A stretch of DNA of 29,450 bases from Centruroides sculpturatus (Eukaryota), in assembly GCF_000671375.1 (NCBI RefSeq), contig NW_019384981.1:110966-140415 (forward strand), read 5' to 3'. The position numbers were made by a program, and so were the translations under genes. The notes below the pieces were generated by a model. The model was not told the DNA's origin. It did no database searches and saw nothing but the letters and a program-made list of their open reading frames with translations. This document shows, piece after piece, positions 21,529 through 29,450 of the stretch; within the stretch, counting starts at the first letter, position 1; each line of letters starts with the position of its first letter.

Positions 21529-22444
21529 TGTGAGGGACGAACAGACCCACAATAAAGTATTATTTTAAATTTTAATTATTGGAAACTTTAATCGGTTAAA
21601 TTCGAACGTTTTATCGAGTTAGGCTAAAAGCCATAAAAATTATTTCCCACGGAGTTTGTTCCTTGTTGAGTCGTATCAAGTTAGTCAGGGATGTGTCACC
21701 AGGAACTTTTGAGGGAGAAGACATATTGGACGTGCGACCGTTAAAGGCCATCACCTGACCTCATGGAAAAAACCCAAGAGGAAAAAAAAAGAGAAAAGAA
21801 AACGATCCCGAGGTCAGTCGTCATCCGAAGTCCCTCTACAAAAGTCATCCTCCAGGATTAAAACCGTGACCCAGGATTAAAACCCGTGACCCAGGATAAA
21901 ACCCGTGACCCAGGATAAAACCCGTGATCCAGGATAAAACCCGTGCACCAAAATCCCGAAATAACACCTTGACAGAAGTAACACCGTGTCTCCTTAAGAA
22001 TCTCACCCCACTTCCGTGCTTCCACACCTCCGAGATCCAATTAACGGACAAGAACTAGTGGAAAGACCATTTCAGAGGAGTCAAGAGTGTCATCATACTA
22101 TAGATCTGCGACCTAGGAAAAAGAAAGGTATTTATCAACCCGCGATTCGGTTGTAAACTCTCTCTCTCGAACGGAATAGTATAATTAAGTCCGCTAATAT
22201 GCCCGATATCTCTGTATTTTCTTTGTTTATTATTAAAATGGAATTTTTGTCAGAACATATGGAGTCCGAGTGAGTCACTTCCTCGTCTCTCTCCTCACCT
22301 CTACTCCGAATCCAAGCGCTCACACGCTACCGCTCGCGAATCTTTAGACATAACGTCGCGATTTCCGAGTCCCCCAGAGACTCGGTGGTGTCAGATTCAG
22401 GTCTCCTGACAGGGCGCCAAAGAGGTGCCGACCCTACGGTCACA
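21529..22444. mobile_element. Putative solo LTR (GC- and CpG-rich) inserted in PARP4 intron 2
   Basis: A roughly 916 bp block begins TGTGAGGGACG and ends CGGTCACA (terminal inverted TGTGA/TCACA, TG...CA). It is flanked by direct ATTA (21525..21528 and 22445..22448; ATTAT if the element is taken from 21530). GC content is far above the surrounding sequence, with about 49 CpG by my count against near-absence elsewhere. It has internal tandem repeats and a TATAAT-like box near 22180. No ORF is present and no second LTR copy occurs in the window. Confidence 0.55.
21852..21950. repeat. Tandem repeat, 5 copies of a 19-20 bp unit CCAGGAT(T)AAAAC(C)CGTGAC, inside the putative LTR
   Basis: Direct reading gives ccaggattaaaaccgtgac, ccaggattaaaacccgtgac, ccaggataaaacccgtgac, ccaggataaaacccgtgat, ccaggataaaacccgtgca. 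Each unit carries a CpG. Confidence 0.85.
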
Positions 22445-23724
22445 ATTATATCAAGAATTTTTTTTACTACTTTAATACAATCCTGTTAAACAACAAATGC
22501 AATAAAATAAATAATAAAATTCAATGTATTCTGATAATAAATATCTGGTAATACACCATATATACTGTATTTTATAATGTGCCAAATTAATATTTAAAAT
22601 CCATAACTATATAGGTATGTGCTGCTTAACAAATGTAATTGTCAAATATCAATATAGAATATAAGAATATGAAAAAACAGCACTATACACTAACAATTTA
22701 TACATTATTAGTATACAGTGCTACAATTATTACATGTAAAAACAAGAGGCACACAAAACTGATAGAAGGTATATGTTAAGTACAGAATTTTTTAATATGA
22801 TCTATTTATATCATGATGTTATTCTTTGGATTATAGAAACATGTAATGAAAATATTTCTGCAATTACATTTATTATATATAATACATCAGATATAAGTAT
22901 GCTGATAAATGCATATCGTCATCAGAAATAAATTCTTAAATTCCTTTGCAATATAACTTAGATGCTAAGCAAACCTGAAGGTTCACTCAATCATAGTTTA
23001 CCTAACAAAAAATTATTCAATGTTATTTTTATCAGATTTCAGAGGAATTTAAAGAACAAACTGAAATAATACATAACAATGATGTTTTAATTCATTTTTA
23101 AACTTATTTAGCTGTATTGAATTTCATCCAAATAATAATTAATTTAATGCATTTATAACAAAATTTCCTGTAAGAAATTCAAACAACAATTATCAATTTA
23201 CTTTGTATTGTTTAATTCCATGATTACTGATAACTCACAGATTTGAGTAAGATAAAAATATCTGAAAATAAATAACTTATTTTTATTGTTTATTTTTATC
23301 AATCTTATTTTAAGAGTTACACAAAACATAAAACTGAATTACAAGTTCAATATATAGAATAAATATTTAAATATTTTAAATTCTAATCTACTTTTCATAT
23401 ATAGTTGAATCTGTATCTCAAATATGTTTACTTAAAAAGCTCTTTATCTTGAAATTTATTTTCCCCCTGTATTTTCAGTCTAAATTCAATATATTTTCCA
23501 TGTTTATTGCAAATAATTTTCTCACAAAACCTCTATATCTCAAATTACAGATGAATTATCAATTACAACCTCAAAGCTAAGCAACTACATTATGGTATCA
23601 TAAATTGTAGTTGAGAAACATCTCTTGCAATATAGCAAATAGTTATAATTAACACTGCTTTTCTTTGATTGGCTATGACTTTGGTTTAGTTTATTTGTTT
23701 ATGGCCACGTGATACATGAGCAAT

Positions 23725-23890
23725 ATCCCCAGGAAAGACTTTAATAGGAAACTGGTCCCTATTTAGATGTTACAAATGTGAAGAAAACCTGGATAACTCC
23801 ATGTGGCCAGCCTGTTGGTGAGGTGCAAACTCAGGACCAGTGTTCAGTGATTTTATCCACTCAGCCACTGGTGGGCTAAGGCTATGAGTT
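23725..23890 (+). repeat. Repeat family C, copy 2
   Basis: Reads ctggtccctatttagatgttacaaatgtgaagaaaacctggataactccatgtggccagcctgttggtgaggtgcaaactcaggaccagtgttcagtgattttatccactcagccactggtgggctaagg. Confidence 0.55.
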
Positions 23891-24339
23891 TGGCTTGCAT
23901 CTTATTGGTTGAAGAAAATCAGGCATTAGAAACTATTGACAAACTATTTTTGTTAAGGTATGTCAAAAATGTTTTATCTATACCTAATTCAAGTATGTAC
24001 TGTATTTGCTACTGTGTTAATAAAATACCATATTTCCAACCAAACCTATTACTGTGCAGGAACCTTTATATCTCAAAATCTGACTAACTCAAATTTTTTC
24101 TCATTCCCGTGAAATTCAAGACAGAGAGATTCATCTGTATCTTTTTATAAATCATTATTATTTTTCTTAAAAAAATCTAACGATATAGCTTTATATATTT
24201 AATAAAAACATTTTTAAATTGATCAGATTAAAATATTACAGCCATTAGAAAAATGGAAAAGAAGTCATGATTAGAAAGATATGAAAATAAAAAGTTGTAC
24301 AGAAGAAACAGAAATGCTATGAAAATTTCAACACACACA

Positions 24340-24450
24340 ATAAAAAATAATAATATGAAAAGGATAAGGCAATGGTTTTTAACTAGTTTGCTGCGGCATA
24401 CTAGAATGCTGCAGTGACACTTTAGGGGATGCCACAAAATAGTACTGAGA
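24340..24450 (+). repeat. Repeat family B, copy 1 (about 90-100 bp shared block)
   Basis: Reads ...ttgctgcggcatactagaatgctgcagtgacactttaggggatgccacaaaatagtactg. Near-identical to 26095..26190. Confidence 0.6.
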
Positions 24451-25337
24451 AACATAAGGATTCTTACATGTATTACTGAAAGTTCAAAGCATGTACTAAC
24501 TCTATATTGACAAAGAAGTATGAGTACAGCAAGAAAAAAAATTATCAAGTTTAGGTGGCACTATTAAAAAAATGTTGGAAAACATTGGAGAAGAAATTTA
24601 GAATGGAGGAATGGAGAAGAAATTTAGAAGAAAAGCAATAAAAACATATAAAGAAATTTTTAAATTTATACTAGTACAATATTTTATTTACTGTATTCGT
24701 TACTACTACTATTATATCAAGTACACACTCACAAATCTCAATTTTGTATATTATATTATGAACAAATATTGTTCATTTTTCAGTTAAATGTTCCAGCCAA
24801 ATATATAATTAAATCCTAGAATTTTTTTTTTAAATATGGCAAACGTGTAAAATTAACACAATGTAGATACTTTTTAAACATAAACATGTGTACCAAATAC
24901 AGTACAGAAATTTATAAATGTAAATGTATTTGATCTGTTATTTTGAATTCCATTTCTTTGTATATCATGCTGCTAATCTGAACAACCTCATACTGTAATT
25001 ATTACAGTTCAAATCATTAACAGTACACTGTAATCAGTTTAATGTGTATGACATTGACTAATTTTTATAAAATAAATCAGAAATTAAAATTTTTAAATAA
25101 TTTAAAGAAAATATATCAGAACAGAAACAAGTTTTAATTTTTATTTTATATTCTCTCAGATCTTGTTTCACTAAATGTCAAAAATTACCTCGAGTTTATT
25201 TAAACTAACATCAAATTATTCTAAGAATTATATACTATATTATTATTTTTTGTAAAATATAATGTAAAATATTCTTCCAAAATATATTCTTAACACTTAA
25301 CAGGTTTACTAAAATTTTAATTATGAATTTAATTTAC

Positions 25338-25530
25338 CGAAAATTTTTCCTTTACGAAAGCCATTCATTTGTGTTTCATTTGAAATCAGGAAGGATTTGG
25401 AATCAAGTAGCTTCTTGTTTTTTAAACATGCATTAATATAATCTTCTTTTACCATAGGAATTCCATATTTCTTTGCTGTCTTTTGTTTCATTGACGAAGT
25501 ATTTGATTCTAAACAAATTACAAATTTAGT
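25338..25530 (-). CDS. PARP4: PARP4-like exon 2 (BRCT C-terminal part)
   Basis: Acceptor tttttttttcag|ACT, phase 0. Translation TKFVICLESNTSSMKQKTAKKYGIPMVKEDYINACLKNKKLLDSKSFLISNETQMNGFRKGKIF matches human THIILDNADVLS...FIWKSIREKRLLD. Donor TTCG|gtaaat, leaving 1 nt. Confidence 0.75.
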
Positions 25531-25604
25531 CTGAAAAAAAAAAATATAATAGCAAGTGAGTAAATTATATATTCCTTATATAGTGTTAATATACTGCTGA
25601 AATT

Positions 25605-25905
25605 TTTAGACAAGTAATTATTCATTGTGACATCTTCATAATGCTGAGCTGCAATATTTAATCATCTTTTAATTTAAAAAGAAATCAAGTGACTTCCCTG
25701 AACCGGAAGTCACTTGAAGTTAAATGAGGTTTCTGGTCCTTAAGCTTTTCATATCTGTTTTGCCCCTGTACATCATACTTCTCCTGATAACAATCAAGTC
25801 ATACCCGTCATCTATATAACTCTGTTCTCAAGATTAATGAAGGACAGACAGACAGATAAATGCCAGTGGGAATTTATAGGTCTGCAATTTGAAAATTGTA
25901 GCTTA
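25605..25905 (+). repeat. Interspersed repeat family A, copy 5
   Basis: Reads attattcattgtgacatcttcataatgctgagctgcaatatttaatcat...ccttaagcttttcatatctgttttg...ctctgttctcaagattaatgaaggacagacagacagataaatgccagtgggaatttataggtctgcaatttgaaaattgtagc. Confidence 0.7.
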
Positions 25906-26094
25906 AAAATATCAATCAATTAATACACATTAAGTATTGAAAAATAAAGATTTCAAAAACACAAAAATCATTTATTTAGAATTGAAGATTTCAAATTGAG
26001 TGTTTCATTATTAATATTGTCAGGATTCTGACATTAAAGAATCAAATGAGTAATTATGATTTATGAATATGTAGGTAGCATTATAAAATACACA

Positions 26095-26190
26095 TGTAAG
26101 AGGATGAAAATAGCTATTGGCTCTAATTGTTGCAACATACTAGAATGCTGCAGTGACACTTTAGGGGTGCCATAAAATAGTTACTGTTTG
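26095..26190 (+). repeat. Repeat family B, copy 2
   Basis: Reads ...ttgttgcaacatactagaatgctgcagtgacactttaggggtgccataaaatagttactg. Same orientation as copy 1. The two copies flank PARP4 exon 2 (25338..25530). Confidence 0.6.
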
Positions 26191-26377
26191 CTAATATAAA
26201 ATTCTAATTTATTGCAATTAAATTTTCAAATCCAAAAGAACATTAAACAGTTTTAATTATACATACAACACATACAAATCTATAATTGAATCTTTACATA
26301 CCAACTGATTGTAATTAAAAATATCTCTGTTCAATGCTGACTAGAGAAATATTTAGCAGTTTAAATTCAATCAAATT

Positions 26378-26761
26378 TGGTATGGTGACATTTCAAACGA
26401 CCTGTCTTGAAATGTCACTATACCAATAAAATAAAATTAGTACCAAAATTCACCACTATGGTATTTTTGACACTGAAACAACAAGCATTTTATTTCTACA
26501 AGGCATTCATGCTATACAAAGAAACCCTAGCAATGCAGGAAATACTACTCAATGTGGTCTCCTTTGAAAGTGTATAACCTGAAGGCATTTGACAGCTGAC
26601 AGTAATTAATCCTCTATGATGCTTCTCACAGGCAAAGTAATACTATCTCTCAAGTTGACAAATTTGCAACAGGTCCTTGATAAATCACACTTTTTTAGTA
26701 TCAAAACAAACAAAATTATTGCTTGTAGCACCAAAAGTTCCATAGTGGTAAGTTTTGGTAC
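26378..26761. mobile_element. Foldback/MITE-like element: a perfect-ish hairpin plus about 34-bp terminal inverted repeats
   Basis: Hairpin: ttggtatggtgacatttcaa (26378..26397), 10-nt spacer, ttgaaatgtcactataccaa (26408..26427), with 1 mismatch. TIR pair: gtaccaaaattcaccactatggtatttttgacac (26440..26473) against the reverse complement of gcaccaaaagttccatagtggtaagttttggtac (26728..26761). The interior, including ORF 26616..26840, has no recognisable homology. Confidence 0.45.
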
Positions 26762-29285
26762 AAATTGTTTTTTTATGGAAATGTCTTCTGCAAGTCTTAA
26801 AATGTTACCTTATCATTTAGACTGCTGGATGTCTTGCTAAAAAGCATTGAAACTTTAATTAAAATCACCTGATACATAAAAAATTAGAAATTGAAACGGA
26901 ATCATAGCTCAGTAATCTTGTACAGTTCTCAATCAATTACACTAAATACAATATTGTCAAATAAATGGCAATGAAAATTAGTACAATCAAAACAAGATGA
27001 ACGAACATGGATAAATGAAATGTACTCTGTATGTTAACCGTTCTGCTTTTTTTACCAAATATAAAAATGATAAAATGTTAAGGAGTCTTTGAATATTTTA
27101 ATCAAGATTAAACATCTTTCAAAACATTCTTCCTCTTCATCAGGTCACTAATTCAAATAATGAACAGTTTCCATTTTAAAAATATTCTCATAGCACTATT
27201 TGAAATATATTACATTACTGAGACTTATGTTTTGAGTTTAAAATATAATCTCTTATGAAATAACCTATTAAAATAAATGTGCAATATATAATATAAAAAA
27301 AAAATAAAAAAAACACCTATTATATAAAATTAACACCTTGTAAATCATTAGATTTTAAAGTAATAAGAAAGTAAAATACAGGTAGCCTTCATACAACACG
27401 GTTTTGCTTTAACATGGTTAGAAAATTCGGAATATCCCACATACAATGCAACAACCGGTTTTGCTTTAACACAGTTTTGGAACTCCTCAGTACAAAATTT
27501 CACAATTTTTAAGTGTAAATTTCATTATTTGATTTTTTTTATTCACACAAGCATGCATGTTGTCTCAAATTTGTCCATGAATTTTAGAATATTGAAATTT
27601 TCAATTCGTTTTGTGCCTTTTATCAGGTTCACTATAATAAAGACTGATAGTACAATTTTTTATTCCTTGTCCTAACTTTCCTATCAATCAATGTCATTGT
27701 TGTTGCTTTCAGACTTTAGCCCTCAAGCCACTGTGTTTTCTTTTTATAGATTAATCTTCGTATTTAGTAGTTTATTTAAACATTTAACTGTAGATAAGCA
27801 ATCATTCATAAAATGACAAATGAAATACAATGATAACTCAGTACTTGGACAATTCAGCATTCAAACACAAATTTTGGAAAAAAGTTGCTTGGTAAGCGAC
27901 TGAACAAAGACAACCCGGTAGAACAAATTTTCTATTAATAACATATTTTTATTTCATCACCCATAAAAATTTTTTATGATGATAATAAAATGTATGAAAA
28001 TTTTGCAGATACTTCTGATCAAGATCAACAAAAAAGCTGAGATGACAACGATAATTTGTAAAAAGAAAGTACTCGTTTAACTAAAATTAATATTAACATG
28101 TCATACAGTATTTTTAATTGTGATTATTAGTAAATTATTGACTGGAAATAAATTATTAATTGCGTTAATAAACACATTTCTCTTAATTATGAAAAAGAAT
28201 AGTATACTTTTGCTAACTTCTGGAATGTAACCCTATGTTTTGCATTAGTTCTTTGTTTCGTGTAGCACAGATTCACATAACATGACACTTTTTCGGAACA
28301 TATCTACTGTGTTATATGAGGGATACCTGTAATTTCTTTTCTACGGAAACATGTTTATGCTAATTTTTCTATGTACTATGACTAATTACTGACATTTATC
28401 ATTTCACAAACACAATATTCAGCACATAATAACAATTTAACAGATGTTAGAAGATATTGAAAAACTTTTATTTTATGATGAACTAGCCAATGTACCATCA
28501 ATGTTCAGGTTAAGAGACTTGAACAAGTAAGAGTTGTGAAGAAAATAAAGCAATGAAAATAGTAATCACATTTTTATGTAACTTGTACAGACTAGTTTCA
28601 TCAATTTTACAGAAATATTCATAAAGATTAAAAAGTTCCTCTCAAATGATGATGAAAGTAATTCTTAATACAGCGATCTGTAACAAAACAATTTAAAGTG
28701 ATACACTTCAAGAGGCAATAATTGTATTTCAAAGAAATATTGAAAGCAGATTGAAAACAATATTAATAAAATTCTTTAAATACTTTCAAAACATTCGTGC
28801 ATCATTAGGTTTCAAGTGATAAATTTAATTTACTGATATTTGGTCAAAAGGACACCAATAAAATGATAACAACACTGCTTAGTTAGTTACACATCATTAT
28901 TCTGATCATGTGTTGTTAACAATAAAACAAAAATAATGAAAATTTGATATCAAGAAATAAAATAATTACTGTAAACAGCAGAAGTTATATAAATAATAAA
29001 AAACACAATAAAAATATTTTATAAAAATAATAAGAATTACTATTAATTAAGTTGTTAAAATCTGTTAAATTTAAACAGAGACAATTCATTACTTTTAGCA
29101 TCATGAAATCATCTGATTTTATATCATTATTTGATATCATCATATTTTTACAGAAAATTCTCTTTTATGCTTGTAATAAATTTATTTTTTTTAATTACTT
29201 GTACTTATAATGTATTAATTAGAACATTTATCATCATTCTAAACACTCAATTAATAACAATCTAATTATTAAGTTATAAACTTAC

Positions 29286-29450
29286 CTTTTTAGTAACCAT
29301 ATACGATACAATTCCCCCGTTATCAATGATTTTTCTCCTCAATTCTTGTTTCTCTTTCATTTTCATCGAGGGAGGCATATCTAAAACTATTTCATAGTTA
29401 CTAAATAATTTTCTTTCTATGTGTTTGCATAAAATTTCTTCTTGATTTGG
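29286..29450 (-). CDS. PARP4: PARP4-like exon 1 (partial, BRCT N-terminal part; continues beyond window end)
   Basis: Minus-strand translation PNQEEILCKHIERKLFSNYEIVLDMPPSMKMKEKQELRRKIIDNGGIVSYMVTKK aligns to human PARP4 N-terminus (KKKLQTDIKENGGKFSFSL). Donor AAG|gtaag at 29285. No in-frame stop up to window edge; start codon not located. Confidence 0.7.

Noticed and set aside
21845-22323. Minus-strand ORFs of 60-68 aa inside the GC-rich island
   Set aside because: They are read-through of the 19-20 bp tandem repeat, which produces repeating GFILGHGFYPGSRVL peptide units, and of GC-rich sequence with few stops. There is no protein homology.
21529-22444. The CpG island as the canonical PARP4 promoter or first exon, or as a vault RNA gene
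   Set aside because: The BRCT-encoding exons lie further 5-prime, at 25338..25530 and 29286 onward, and phase is continuous from exon 2 to exon 3. The island is therefore intronic. I found no pol III A-box or B-box plus terminator arrangement that would support a vault RNA. The LTR-like termini and target-site duplication fit a mobile-element origin better.
19574-24548. Other intronic ORFs (19574..19783, 22135..22323, 23884..24087, 24228..24548)
   Set aside because: No recognisable domains. The sequence is hydrophobic and low-complexity, as expected from AT-rich sequence. The first part of ORF 20763..20981 is explained by PARP4 exon 4; the remainder is intron.
27399-27480. 24-bp direct repeat acaac(a)cggttttgctttaaca twice, about 50 bp apart
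   Set aside because: It is too short and isolated to interpret. It is possibly part of an unrecognised small element.

Overview
This is AT-rich, strongly CpG-depleted eukaryotic DNA, most likely from an invertebrate metazoan (there are no bacterial-type long ORFs). Nearly the whole window is one multi-exon gene on the minus strand, a PARP4 (vault poly(ADP-ribose) polymerase) orthologue. I could reconstruct 23 phase-consistent exons with GT/AG splice sites, running from the N-terminal BRCT part at the window end (29286..29450, continuing past the window) down to a TAG stop at 1648..1650. They encode BRCT, PARP helical and catalytic, VIT and vWA domains, with blockwise identity to human PARP4 (for example EAKYIFPL, AAVCGFEAFI and GAYLM in the VIT domain). 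The protein stops 44 residues after the conserved FIAVEKR block, so it lacks the long C-terminal MVP-interaction region of vertebrate PARP4, and its NAD-site motif reads H-S-T instead of H-G-S. The introns are packed with mobile DNA. A roughly 916 bp GC- and CpG-rich island (21529..22444) looks like a solo LTR, with TGTGA...TCACA termini, ATTA(T) target-site duplication and five tandem 19-20 bp repeats. A frameshifted Tc1-like transposase fossil with TACAGTT termini sits at 15662..16900. A mariner-like transposase fossil lies at the window start (about 250..600, possibly continuing past the window start). A ~300-350 bp nonautonomous repeat family is present in five copies, all on the plus strand and therefore all antisense to the host gene. 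There are also two MITE or foldback-like elements and two further low-copy repeat families. No prokaryotic-style system such as a defence island, operon or CRISPR array is present. The most unusual signals are the un-decayed CpG island inside intron 2, the orientation bias of the repeat family, and the truncated, H-S-T variant PARP4 architecture.
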